A stretch of 64,000 bases of DNA from Ostrea edulis (Eukaryota), in the NCBI RefSeq assembly GCF_947568905.1, contig NC_079171.1, forward strand, positions 64,046,001 to 64,110,000, given 5' to 3'. Each line of letters starts with the position of its first letter. Within the stretch, counting starts at the first letter, position 1. The notes beneath the pieces are model-generated. The model was not told the DNA's origin. It saw nothing but the letters and a program-made list of their open reading frames with translations, and ran no database searches. Below, in pieces: positions 12,160 through 25,208 of the stretch. A program made the position numbers and the translations under genes.

Positions 12160-12525
12160 AGTTTATTGAGCCTATTTTAGTAGATCGCATCACATCTTAT
12201 CCTATCAGTAAATCGTCAGTTTATTGAGCCTATTTTAGTAGATCGCATCATATCTTATCCTATCAGTAAATCGTCAGTTTATTGAAACTATTTTAGTAGA
12301 TCGTATCACATCTTATCCTATCAGTAAATCATCAGTTTATTGAACCTATTTTAGTAGATCGTATCACATCTTATCCTATCAGTAAATCGTTCTGAATAAC
12401 AGACTATCCGACGTACAACTTATCTTAGTCATGTTTGAGAGAACTATCCGACGTACAACTTATCTTAGTCATGTTTGAGAGAACTATCCGACGTACAACT
12501 TATCTTAGTCATGTTTGAGAGAAAA
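12160..12525. repeat. Two adjacent minisatellites (~56 bp x4 and 40 bp x3)
   Basis: aaatcgtcagtttattgagcctattttagtagatcg... and gactatccgacgtacaacttatcttagtcatgtttgagag. Confidence 0.85.
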
Positions 12526-13729
12526 TGACGGCTTCACATCCCTCTCCAACTCTTAAGTATTTCAGTAAGGAAATGCTCAGAAAGAAGATGATAAAAGGCA
12601 ATTTTGAAAATAAAAATAAATCTGGATTAAAAAGAAACTGAGATTCAGGAGGTGCGACAATCCTAATTTACGGGTTTAATTGACACTAACAGCAGTATGG
12701 TCTGTGCCATGTCATGTGTCCAAAATTCAGATAGCGCTAAAACCCACTATCCCCGGTACTTCGTATTTCCTTACCAGTAATAGCATTTACAGAATTGATA
12801 GCATCCATGGATATTTTATTGAGTTGTTGAAGAAAGACTGAATTGTTAAACATTTGAAACTTTTTTTTTAAATTGAAACAATAAACTGAGCGTAAGAATC
12901 AAATACAACACACTGACACATCAAAACTTCACGTCCCTCCGTCCGTTATTTAGCGGTGAAAAGTTCTGTTTCCCTACATTGACTATTCAGGGCTTGCCTC
13001 ATGTCAAACCCCTTGTCCGTTATTCAGCGGTAAAAAGATCTGTTTCCCTACATTGACTGTTCAGGGCTCGCCTCATGTCACGTCCTTTGTCCGTTATTCA
13101 GCGGTGAAAAGATCTGTTTCTCTACATTGACTGTTGTAATTTTTTTCTTAATAGATTGCTTTCAATGACATTTTTTTCGTCAACTTCATTCAACTACAAT
13201 AATACAACTTTTTGGGCATAACTCACAGGTACTTAGGGGAGGAAGGGCAAACTTGAAACTGGGAAAACCCAAAGAAGGGGAAAACAGTCTAAATTTGCGG
13301 ACAATCAAAATTTTTCATTCGGACGAGTAAAGATTCAAAATTTACTGGCCTTAGGTCTTCAGACCCCGCCCCCTCCTATGACAACACACAGTTCACTTTA
13401 ACATGCACAAATCTATGGCGTTAATAGTCGAGTCACGTCTCCAGAAACCTACTGCCTATAAACAAAACGGTGTGGTGTGAACCTTACATCAATAAAGCTT
13501 ACTGGGGAAAGACTAGGTGGACATAATCAAAGTATTTAGTATAACATGCATTGTCAGCATGCAATCACCAAATCTTAAGTTTGCATGTCTTTTGAGCTCT
13601 CGCTGATTATAATGCCTGAACAGACCTTAGTCATTCCCAAGCATCCGTTCCTGAAGGTTAGGCCCAAAATGCCCATGGAAAATGTTCTTTGAAAAGCTGT
13701 GATTTTTTTTTTATATCAGAAGTTAGCTT

Positions 13730-14190
13730 TGTTGCTATGTAGCACTTACTTTTAGTATCAGCTATGCAGCACTTACTTTTAGTATCCGCTATGTAGCACT
13801 TACTTTTAGTATCCGCTATGCAGCACTTACTTTTAGTATCCGCTATGCAGCACTTACTTTTAGTATCCGCTATGTAGCACTTACTTTTAGTATCCTTTAG
13901 AAAGCATTTTTTTCTCTAGCAAGACTCAAAATCTTCATCAATAATAATTTCTGTCTCACAGAATGGCGTGGGTGGGTGGGGTGTCATGGCTGTCACAGGA
14001 AACCGTAAACAGAGTTACTATACCCCTACCCGTCTCTGTGATTATTGACCAATACACTCTCACCTGTACTAGAGTTACTATACCCCTACCCGTCTCTGTG
14101 ATTATTGACCAATACACTCTCACCTGTACTAGAGTTACTATACCCCTACCCCTCTCTGTGATTATTGACCAATACACTCTCACCTGTACT
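13730..14190. repeat. 27-bp minisatellite (13730-13895) and 60-bp minisatellite x3 (14010-14190)
   Basis: Direct tandem units visible; the 60-bp unit explains ORFs 13956/13963. Confidence 0.85.
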
Positions 14191-15002
14191 GTGCCTTCTG
14201 AATCACTGGATTCTAGTGAGAAGTGCAACATTTTTCGATGAACAAATTAGTTATTGACTCATCATCCCTAGATGAAATTTCAGCAGGTACTCTTGTCCAA
14301 GCAGGGTCGTAATTTAAAGATGAGGATTAATTTCTCATGGGGAGGTGGGTGGGGTAGTTTCGCTTGTCCTGTCTCAGGGTTTGAAATAAGCTATGTCCTT
14401 CACTAGTAAAACGGAATTTTGAACACACAGAAACAAATTTACATATAAAGCTTTCATAGATCAGGATCAAAATCTAAAATTTGCATTTCCCGCAAAAGTA
14501 ATTTCAATTTGCAGGTATTCTTTTAGGGTCTGTTGGGGGCTGAAATAAGGCCCCATTCCCAATGCTAAAAAGCAGATATTTTCCCCAATTTTTGCTTTTA
14601 AATTCCCAAATAATGAAAACAAATCAAAGCAGGGTAGCCTTTTTGTTCAAAAAAATCTTCTTCACAGTCCCACATAATATATCACAATTTTTGCTTCAAA
14701 ATTGTTAAGTAAACCTAATTGTTTGGCCTCTGCATGATTATTTGAATGAGGTCAGCTTTGACCAAATTTAAAGTCTGAAGGAGTCCAATCATACTTTAAT
14801 GCTCTGATTTGGTTTTCTCCCCATTTATTTGTATGGAATATTTTTTGCCATTTTCAAGCAAATGTCGCTATTTTTCCCAATTGGGAAGACCTAGGCCCTT
14901 GAAATCAAGACCTATAAAAAAAACTCTGATTTGTCCAGAGTATACCTCAAGGAAATCAAACAAGAATTGGAATATATTCAAATTTTCATCCAAGGTTCAG
15001 GA

Positions 15003-15830
15003 CAATCTAATTAAAATTAGATCCTTTGATCCGCTCATCTACTATTGCTACACAAGGATCTAACAACTCCCCATTAGAGGTCATCTCAGATTGAACTTTT
15101 GCATTGACCAATCAGCGATCAGCTTGAGAATCTTCGGTGCGATTGTATATTCTCGGAATGACGACTTCCGAACGTATATATAAACAAGTAAAATGGCTGC
15201 GGCCATACCAGCCTCATCGTCCACACCACACAGGATATCTAGTTTATGCAATATTTGTTGTCTGTGCGGGTTTTCATTTCTAATAAAAGAAGTTGATCAA
15301 AACGGTACTGCGACATGGAAGAAGCTTTCGAAGCTGAAACTTAGGCTGACAGATGAGAAAAGGGATACCATACAGAAGATCATCGAGTTGCCGCCACACT
15401 CGGAGGGAGTTTGTGTAAAGTGTTTCACGAAAGTCGAGAAAATCATTAAATATAAGAAAGAAATCGATAGCATCATATCCGTTTTCAGGGAAAGTAGGCG
15501 CAGGTTCAAAGTTCACCAACTAGAAAGAAAAGAGTCTTAAGATCACCGCAGGTTTGTGAATCTTTGTGAAACTATTATAATAATTGAAGTTGTTGAACTG
15601 TTTCCTAATACCAGACACAAAGTTTAGGCTCTCAGGTATAAATATGTTTGTTTCCTCTTTTCCGACTGACCTTTAGATGCGATATTCTGATTGGTCAAGA
15701 GATTAGAATTTGATTGGCTGCTATTTTCTCAACAAAGTTCAATCTGAGATTACCTCTAATGGGGAGTTGTTAGATCCTTGTGTAGCGATAGCAGATTAGC
15801 GGATCAAAGGATCGAATTTTAATTAGATTG
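15003..15830 (+). mobile_element. 828-bp element with ~95-bp TIRs, 10-bp TSD and an internal zinc-finger-like ORF (Mutator-like by inference)
   Basis: TIR caatctaattaaaatt...cagattgaactt mirrored at the right end; TSD AGGTTCAGGA at 14993-15002 and 15831-15840. Confidence 0.88.
15193..15540 (+). CDS. 115-aa ORF with a C-x2-C...C-x2-C (zf-AD/ZAD-like) motif inside the TIR element
   Basis: C22-x2-C25 and C74-x2-C77 followed by a helix-like tail; TATA-like tatataaa and AAAATGGC start context; expression unknown. Confidence 0.55.
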   Translation: MAAAIPASSSTPHRISSLCNICCLCGFSFLIKEVDQNGTATWKKLSKLKLRLTDEKRDTIQKIIELPPHSEGVCVKCFTKVEKIIKYKKEIDSIISVFRESRRRFKVHQLERKES

Positions 15831-16460
15831 AGGTTCAGGAATAATTTATATTCCATGCTTTGGATCAGGTTGCCTTCTGGGATTGCTTTGGCTCAACGGC
15901 CTTCTGGGATTACTTTGGCGCAACAGCCTTCTGGGATTGCTTTGGCTCAATCGCCTTCTGCCAGAAAAATTGCTTTGACTCTGTGGCCTTTGAGAATATA
16001 ATAAAGTCCGAAAGTTTGTGGTTAAAATCCCCATTCAAAGTTGACACTAAATATGTCATTTCTGATTATATTTCATTGGTTTGAGCAGTGTTTAAAATAA
16101 CTGTGCACCTGACAAGCAAAAATTTTGCAGCTGGTGACAAACAAAGGGCACTGAGGACTTGTTCTAGCCCCTTGGGATCTTTAGACTGAAGTCCTGATCT
16201 TGGTTAAAAGTATCTGTAAATGCCATGGAATATTTGAATGGTGCAATAACACTTCTCGACTCTTTCAGGTAGGCACATTTTTGGAAGGACCGAGATAAAA
16301 CAGTCTCGCCATTTTCACTGAACATCCAACGGCGGAATTCGCCATTATTATGAAAGTGGAGTAATTGTGGGTTCAGTTCCAAGTCTGAGGAGGAGACGAA
16401 ATTTCTGGAAAATTTTATATTTTTCGATAAAAAAAAATTTTTAGGGTCAGAGCAAAACAC

Positions 16461-17560
16461 TTTTACAAGCACTCAGCCCTGTACGTCTAGATAGCTAATT
16501 TTACAAGCACTCAGCCCTGTACGACTAGATAGCTAATTTTACAAGCACTCAGCCCTGTACATCTAGATAGCTAATTTTACAAGCACTCAGCCCTGTACGA
16601 CTAGATAGCTAATTTTACAAGCACTCAGCCCTGTACGTCTAGATAGCTAATTTTACAAGCACTCAGCCCTGTACGTCTAGATAGCAGTCTTCATGAAAAA
16701 CTTTGTGAAGCACAGGCCCTTCGGGCTTCCCAGTATAATAATTTTGCAAGCCCGAACAATATTTTAATGGCCCAAAATTATTTGTTCTAATTTGACCACT
16801 TGTCATTTGCAAGGTGTTGCATGCTGATTCTACACTATAGATACATGTATGTTCTACTGTAGGAAAATACACAACTGACATTAAAAAGATTACATATCTT
16901 ATTTTGTTTTTCAACATATTAATCTTGCAGATGACATCAGCAGCTCATGTTCAGAATCTACTTTGTTTTGTACCATGTACAAAACATTTAGTTTTCTCCA
17001 GAATTAAATCTTAGCAAAGGCCCACCCTCAGTCCAATGGGGCATGGATTTTCGTTCTCTTTTCTCCTTGTACAACCGGTTTTTTTATTTGGATCTGATGG
17101 TTGTGATTGCGAAATACGCTTCTGAGGTTTTGAATTTCACGGACGAGCCCCGGGGCCTCCCTACATGGGCACCGGAAGTTAATGTAAATATATAGTATGT
17201 GCATGTATTTTTTATACATGCACATACTATATATTTACATTAACTTTCTGAGTGCCTGTGCCTCATTATACTTCAGAAAAGACAGCATGGTTGATCGTTT
17301 TTCGATGCGAAAATCTGAGTCAATTTCACGCTTTATTTGTAATATATACAACACATACAATAAAACATTTACAGGCCCACCGGACTCCTGGGTTAAACAT
17401 TTTTAGAAGCCCGATCCCGATTTTACTGGCCTCGGGCATCGGGCCACCGGTTAACGTCGAAGACTGAGATAGCTAATTTTACAAGCACTCAGCCCTGTAC
17501 GACTAGATAGCTAATTTTACAAGCACTTAGCCCTGTACATCTAGATAGCTAATTTTACAA
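16461..17560. repeat. 38-bp minisatellite split by a MITE
   Basis: Unit ttttacaagcactcagccctgtacgtctagatagctaa; arrays at 16461-16684 and 17467-17560. Confidence 0.92.
16685..17466. mobile_element. 782-bp TIR element with 6-bp TSD (hAT6-like by inference)
   Basis: Termini CAGTCTTC / GAAGACTG; TSD AGATAG. Confidence 0.85.
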
Positions 17561-17971
17561 GGAGTTTCAAACACCGAAGACAAGGAAACCTTACATGCGG
17601 TCTCCACCACAGGGTTTTTTTAACAGACCTTTGTTCATTTACTACCTCAGATAAGTTTTACATCCATTCACTTAGTTAAGAGCATAAACTACATATTTAA
17701 ACCTCAGTCAAAATCACACACAGACCATAGTTTTTTTAATGTCTTGAATGCAAGGGCTTGAGCCTTTCCAATTGGGAAAAATAGCGACATTTGCTTGACA
17801 TTGGGAAAAATGTTCCATGGATAAAATGAGTCGGGAGAAAACCAAACCAGTGCATTCAGGAATAATTGGACTCCTTCTGACTTATTTTGGTCAAAGCTTA
17901 CCACATTTAAATAAACAGAGGCCAAAAAATTAGGTTTACCTAACAATTTTAAAAAAAAATATCTGTGAGCC

Positions 17972-18714
17972 CAGGCAACAAAATTATGGGGAAATACTCG
18001 CTAAATGTGAGTTAAAAATTGAAATTGCAAGTGAAAAATCACAAGTGATCCCAACTTTTTGCAAGTAAAAAAAAAAAAAGATCTTTTTTCCAGATTTCCT
18101 TGGTTTATTGGCTGTACTTTGAAGTTTACAATATTTAGTCTTGTGTGTAGAAACACTTTACAGAATGAATATACAAGTATTGAAAAAGTAACGTGGATCG
18201 ATAAAAACTAAGGTCAAGGTCATCTCAGTCAGTGATGTCGAAGATGGCCTACTTCATGCACACTTCGGGTGTCTCAGAGACGTCTGATTTAAATAACAAG
18301 CATGTTGATCTCGTCCGTGTTAACATGAAACAACACATGAAAGTGTTAGTGATACCGCTTCACGCGATGTCCTTCTGTAGTCTATAGTCAAACACTTAAG
18401 AGTTCGCGGGGTTTTTTTTCAACTAGAATTTTTTAGATGAAATTTCCAAAAACTTTTGAACAAATAGTTTGAATTGGCGCAAACAGTCTTCAAGATTTCA
18501 AACCACATGATGTTGTAAATAGGTGGTAGATCACTGGACAGGCAGTTCGCCGCACAGCCCTATATTTTGATATAGATACATGCTTGTTTTCTTAAATTCC
18601 TGTAAAACAGCAATCGATTGAAAAATGCCAGTAAAAGCTCAATTTTGCTAGTTGAAAAAAATAATCCACCAGCTAAAATTTGCTAGTAGTGAAAAAAGTT
18701 AATTTTGATCCCTG
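17972..18714 (+). mobile_element. MITE family A, copy 1 (imperfect TIR)
   Basis: Ends caggcaacaaaatta / taattttgatccctg; TSD GAGCC; internal sequence highly similar to 45560-46416. Confidence 0.88.
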
Positions 18715-19114
18715 GAGCCTGTGAAGATGAAGAATATGGATACCCTGCTTTGATTTTCTTCATTGTTTGGGAACTTTAAAGCAAAAATTGGGGGAAATAC
18801 CTGCTTTTTAGCATTGGGGCCATGTTTCAGCCCCCTACTACCCTAAAAAAAATCCCTAGACTCTTTTCTACTTTTTAATGGGAGGGGGGGAGGGGGGGGG
18901 GATCGCAGGTCCACCAACTCTAATGTCCAAGTGGACCTTCATTCAGATAATGAAGACCAGAACAGGTGCTATAAATAGATGCTAGTGTGGCACTAGAAAA
19001 TAGAATTCAACATGTCGTAGCTCTTCTATTCACTAGCTGTTCTTACTTCAATGAAAACTCTAGGACCCCAGGTCCTCTCATCTCATAATTCCAGTCTTGG
19101 GTTTTCCAAGGTTA

Positions 19115-19335
19115 ACCCTAGGAAAAAAGATACCCTGATCATCAATGATGTCAAACCCCAGGGAAAAAGGTACCCTGATCATCATTGATGTTGAACCCCA
19201 GGATAAAAAGGTACCCTGATCATCATTGATGTTGAACCCCGGGAAAAAAGATACCCTGATCATCATTGATGTTGAAACCCAGGATAAAAAGGTACCCTGA
19301 TCATCATTGATGTCAAACCCCGGGATAAAAGGTCA
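19115..19335. repeat. 40-41-bp minisatellite x5
   Basis: Unit aaaaaggtaccctgatcatcattgatgttgaaccccagg. Confidence 0.88.
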
Positions 19336-20558
19336 AGTAGTGGCCCATTAACATGTACTTTAAATCTGTAATTTATATGAAGATACTGAAAACTGCCTGT
19401 TTAAATGTTCTGTTAATCAAAAACTACACCTGACTGGCAAACTGACGATATGCATGTCATACTGCCCTAGCAGAGAACGATAATACAATGTATTGCATAA
19501 AATAAATCTGATTTAAAACCTGTTTATGGTTATTATCTTTTTTAAAAAGTATAACTCTAGCTGCTTTTGTCAAACCAAAAGTACACACACATGATGGTCC
19601 TCCCTGCAGATTCGACATCACTCCATCTCTAATCTAACTAAAAACAGCAGTGCACAAGCTTTCATCGCTCTGTCAAAACTGTCATTTAAACACTGTGTGT
19701 ACCAGTGAGGGTGATGATGTCAATAGTTTGAAATACACCACTTACTTAAATTCTGTGTGTAGGTAAATTTGTACACATTGATACTACGAGAACCCTGTTT
19801 TTATACACACACCCTTACCAGTACATATTCATTCTGACACAGACTGGTAAAATTCACATTTTTCAAAAATAATTCATGAAGTTGACTGAAGAATCCCATG
19901 TTATCAAAATGGCGTGTATATATGTTTTGCTAAATTAGGTCAACTGACCCAATTTGACACCTGGTTACAACGCTATGTACTGCGATACCCGTGATGATAC
20001 ATTCAGGTGTATTACACGATGAATTCCACATTTCCTTTCTTTCTTTTTTTTTAAACTCTCATGTCTGTGTATGTGAACAAAACTTAATTATTCAAAATGG
20101 CGTCGAATAACTCTGATGCAAAAGCTAATCTTAGAACGATAAAACTGCTACTTCAAGATGCAATGCTCTTAAAATTGTATGCTAAAAAGATTGACTCAAG
20201 TTGGGGGAACAAATTCACACGTATCGCGAGTCCGTACCCTTCGCAGGACGTGCATATTTCGTCGTGACACGAGATGCATAACGTCAAAACTCACCAGCAT
20301 TCATCCATCGTTTTCTAGAGATTTAGGAAGGAATTTCAAGATGTAATACAAAATATCTCACTAAAAAACTTTTAATTACTATTCATATTGAAATTGTGAA
20401 GTCTCAATTCACTATCTTGACAAAACTATAACGAAAACCCGGTTTATTTTCATGTGAATCAAGACCGTAATTATTCAAAATGGCGGCGGCTTTCGGGATC
20501 AGCATCTAAAGTCATCATTTTCAGTCCCGTGTAGCCCGGAAAATTCTCACAATCTTAC

Positions 20559-20676
20559 CTAGCAAAAGAAGTTTCAGCTCCCTCCGTTGATTCCTCTTGT
20601 CTCGCCGAATCTCCCTTTCTATTTGCTCATTAATTCGGCGCTGTTCTTTCGCTTCGTCGCTTAAACAACATGCCAT
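20559..20676 (-). CDS. GNAQ: G-protein alpha-q subunit, coding exon 1 (118 bp)
   Basis: Manual translation gives [39 protein letters not shown](G), the invertebrate Gq N-terminus with a palmitoylation Cys pair; followed by donor G|GTAAG. Confidence 0.97.
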
Positions 20677-21010
20677 TTTTTCACATTGACGTTCAGTCGA
20701 GTCCCCCGATTAGATTTTTCGTCTCGGGCGCTGCTTCGTCCAGTGAAAACGCTGAATTCTCAGCGTTACGTACAAAATGGGGAGACAATAACCGCGTTAA
20801 TTTTACCCGCACATGGGGGCATTTAAGTCCCAAAATCAACCACTCAATTTAATGGCCTACAAAGCAATTGTCAGTAATAACAACTCGGCCTCGTCGTGAG
20901 CGATGAGCTACAAGGGTGTGGTGTCGATACGCCGAAGTATTGCAGAGCTCTACGCTGGCCAATCGCGGAATCGCGCACCTGATCGGGCGCTCGCATCTAA
21001 TTAACAAAAA
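20677..21010 (-). promoter_or_regulatory. G-alpha-q 5' UTR / CpG-rich promoter region
   Basis: Locally CpG-rich segment upstream of the ATG with a GGCCAATC (CCAAT) box near 20957. Confidence 0.5.
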
Positions 21011-22701
21011 ATAAGAGTCCTTTTAATTGCACTTATTAATATTTGGATTCGGGACACTGTAACCATATACCTGAGGCCGGGGATTTAATTATCGGAGAGT
21101 ACTGTAAACATTCGGCGAGGTTCGGCGGTTGTGTTCAATTGACAGAACAGCCTGTTGGAACAGCCATTCACAATGCATACGAAATCAGCAGTTTTTCATT
21201 CAGAAACGCACAACTTACAAAATATCATTAACATGTTTTAATTTTCCATGTGAACATTGGGAGGAAAATGTAAATAATGACTAAATTAAATCGACTGATT
21301 TCAGAATAAGAATAATCGACTAAGTAACATTATTTTAAAACTCTTTAAATATGATTGAATATATTTCTTTCGAAAATAAAACAATGACGATCTTGAATGA
21401 TGTGGAATGCATTATGTTAAATATGAGAAGTGGGGAAAAAATAAAGTATTTCTCAAATATAAAGCAATAGAATAACTTGATGATACATTTAGAATGTCTA
21501 ATTTTATGCATTTGGTGAGCAATGTCGTTTTAGAGAACATCTGTACCGTTTATTATGGGGAATGCGTGTATACATGTAGATGCAGATCAATTCGGAAACT
21601 TTGTTGCATATACATGCATTTTTTTTTTTTAAATCCCACCGGCGGAAATAAATGGATTTACTAGGCCTAATTCAAATTAAAAAAAAAATCAAGTTTCTAT
21701 GTTTCAAAAATCTTTATTGAATTTCATCAATCCTATTAAAATAAATTCTAATTTTATACGAATTTTTTTTTTAATTTTATTTCTTCAGGGGAGTACGGTG
21801 GTATGGGGAGGTATAGTTACTGATTCCTGTATAATAATTTAAATTACAGAAGATTTCAAAGTTTAAAAATTTCTTATTCGCAAATTTAATTTTTAGTTAA
21901 ATTATGATGTTGCTGAGAACTTGCATAATTTCAAATAGAGAAGAATAAAGAATATCTAAATTTAGATATATCCAGAGGTCGAGGGATTTTTAATTTTTTT
22001 TTTAAAAGACGTCACCCTGTCGGGTGCTTATACTTGAAACAAAACTCTCTCTATCTCTCTCTCTGGATCCGCCACATCAAACATTATTTATAAGGCCTTT
22101 GACGGCTGGTGTTAACCTTTGACTTTACTTGACCTTATCCACATTCATCATGACCCTAATTCACCTCTAGACAAAAAAAAAAAAAAAAAAAAAAAAGATT
22201 GCGTCTTGATATAGGACCACACGATATCGCGATTCAAGAAGATGAAAGAAATAAGACACACAAGAAATCTAATTAAATGATACCCTGTAGAATCTATAGT
22301 ATCGTTTTCATGACAACTTTTATCTTGTGTACACAGACACTGCAAGTGACCTTCCAGTGACCTTATGCAACCCCGGATAAACATTCTACTGCTAGTCGTC
22401 ACCTACACGTTTGTACAGCTTTCTACGAGTTTGAGTGGGGGAACTCAAACGGCTTGCATTCCGATAGAACGGCTTGCGTGAATGCTACTTCTATACTGCA
22501 CATAACATGACGTGTTGATAAAATGAAAATATACGTCACAAACGTCAACTAAGTATAACCCAATCGGATCACGCGCTCGTCTTTTTTCGTAACCGGTAAG
22601 AAGACTCGAACGTGGATCGGCGCAAGAATTGCATCAAATCGATGCATTTCTTCGCCGGAAGCGCGCCCATGGATGAGAGTTAAGAGGCCAGAACCGAATC
22701 C

Positions 22702-23130
22702 CAAACTTCCACCAGAGTTCGTTTGCTCACAAACCAAACTCTTCCACTTAGGCATTATGGGATAGCGATTTCGTACGCCGCGTATACTGTGACGTCACTG
22801 TAGAATGACGAAAAAACATAACGTCAAACGTAACCAACTTTCAAAACAAGAACGTAAACATCAAATTCATTACTTTACACAATAATTTGAACAGAGTCTC
22901 CCTACTTTTTAATGATCTTTTGATCATTTTATGTTTAAAATAAAATCCATACTTTTATATTAATGCTTTTAATATTAATATCTTCAGACTTTTAACTGCG
23001 AACTACTTCTTTAGTGTAATTTGTCTGCGTGATAATCGCGGACTCACAATATACAAATCTGTATATTGTGGTGCGTCACATAGGAGAGGTCTATCGTAGG
23101 TGACGTAATGAGGCCTCGACGGGGAGTTTG
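22702..23130 (+). mobile_element. 429-bp MITE with 10-bp TSD, copy A
   Basis: Ends caaacttccac / cggggagtttg; TSD AACCGAATCC. Confidence 0.88.
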
Positions 23131-23360
23131 AACCGAATCCCTGAATAATATGTTATTTATATTTTCACCACAGATTAAGTTTTGGTATCATTAACGTCTT
23201 ATTCACTCTAATACATAACATGTAAGTGGAAATTGATAGTGGTACAATACCTTAGATGTGTATAATATCTTAGATGCATTTGAAAGTTCACGTTTCGTAC
23301 GACTGTGACGTCAAAGTTACGTTTATGTATACGTAACAACCAACTCTGATGGTGTCGATC

Positions 23361-23790
23361 CAAACTTCCACCAAAGTTCGTTTGCTCACAAACCAAACTC
23401 TTCCACTTAGGCATTATGGGATAGCGATTTCTTAGGCCGGGTATATTGTGACGTCACTGTAGAATGACGAAAAAACATAACGTCATACGTAAACAACTTT
23501 CAAAACAAGAATGTAATCATCAAGTTCATTACTTTACACAATAATTTGAACAGAGTCTCCCTACTTTTTAATGATCTTTTGATCATTTTATGTTTAAAAT
23601 AAAATCCATATTTTTATATTAATGCTCTTAATATTAATATCTTCAAACTTTTAACTGCGAACTACTTCTTTAGTGTAATTTGTCTGCGTGATAATCGCGG
23701 ACTCACAATATACAAATCTGTATATTGTGGTGCGTCACATAGGAGAGGTCTATTCGTAGGTGACGTAATGAGGCCTCGACGGGGAGTTTG
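23361..23790 (+). mobile_element. 430-bp MITE with 10-bp TSD, copy B
   Basis: Near-identical to copy A; has a different TSD, GGTGTCGATC. Confidence 0.88.
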
Positions 23791-23957
23791 GGTGTCGATC
23801 CACATACGAGGTTCATTTGCGGTTACGGAAATAGCCGAGTAGTTACGATTGAGTATAACCTTCACATGCAGCTATATATGACGTCACAATGAAACGAAAC
23901 AAGGGAAAATTTCATCACAGTTTAGCGCCATTTACTGAAATTTTTTAATAATTATAA

Positions 23958-24326
23958 GTTATAGACTTTGTATGGGAAAGTATGACGACCGAGTTTTTTG
24001 GCGCGTAGACGGACCGAGCTTGCGAGGTCCGTCCGCGACAAAAAACGAGGTCGTCATATTTCCCATACAAAGTCTATAACCTTTTTATTATATACTTTCA
24101 ATTTCATTTAGAAACTAACAATAATTTATTTTTTACAATTTCTTTATTGGTTTAACTGAGTAAAAGATGAAAAACACGAAAAATTTGAAAATTAACGACG
24201 TAGTAATTTGCTTGTGTATTGATTGTGACGTAATGTTTGCGAGCCGGAATGTTTCCGAGCATATATCGCATATGCCAGCAAACTTTTAAAGAAAAAAGAA
24301 GAAATGAAATTGAAAGTATATAATAA
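23958..24326. mobile_element. Fold-back element core with two adjacent stem-loops
   Basis: 123-bp hairpin gttatagactttgtatgggaaa...tttcccatacaaagtctataac (23958-24080), plus a 25-bp perfect inverted pair at 24085-24109 / 24302-24326. Confidence 0.65.
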
Positions 24327-24852
24327 CGCTATACATAGCAGCATATTTCATTACATGCTTTAAAAATATAGTCTCGGAAAACCCTTTGGCTATACCCCCC
24401 CCCCCCCCCCCCCCCCACATTGTACTCCAGTATACCTCTCCATCCTATTTTAGCTTGAGTGATTTAATTTTCTTCTTTTTTTGTCCATCGTACGTCTGTC
24501 CGTAAATTTTACACATTTTTTACTTCTTGTCCAACCTGATAAAAATCAGGTTCTTTGATCCGCTCACGTACATATGTAAGTCGCTACGCTGGGTAGCGGT
24601 CTAAGTGTGCGAATCAAAGAATTTGATTTAAGAAATGAAACTTATAATTCTCTATTTGATGAATGCATCAAACGAAAAACTGAACGGAAAACCTCATCAA
24701 TGCGCGAAGCGCATTAATAAAAAAGTGAGAAAATAAATTTTTACCTATGATTGGAATTTTTTTTTTTAAAAAGGTCATCATTAGTCACATAAACATGCAA
24801 GCACTCCAATGTAGTCCAGATTCAGATCAAACCATGGCCCCTTTGGTTAGGC

Positions 24853-25208
24853 CCAGTGGCGGATTTAAGGGAGGGGCACAGCCGGCACCGCCCCCCCCCC
24901 TAAAAATTTCAAAGATAAATCGTGGTATATATTGTTTAGAAGGAAAAAAAATGTACCAAACGATAAAAGAAGAAATAATTTCTTCCACTCCTGCATGGAG
25001 AAATAAATGACAAAATCTTTTGATTTCTTGAATTACTTTATTGGGAGAACTTAATCTTTTTTTTAATTTTTTTAACCCTTAAAAATTTGCGTCATTTATT
25101 AATTTCACCTCATGAAAAATTATAGAAAATAGTACAAATGTACCCCCAGACCCCCTGCCTCATAAAGTGGCACCCCCGTAACTGCAAATCCTGCATGGAT
25201 CCGCCCCA
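24853..25208. mobile_element. CAGTGGCGGAT.../...GGATCCGCC-type non-autonomous element inserted among HINE fragments
   Basis: Terminal motifs cagtggcggattt and ggatccgcccc; HINE-like pieces on both sides. Confidence 0.6.
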
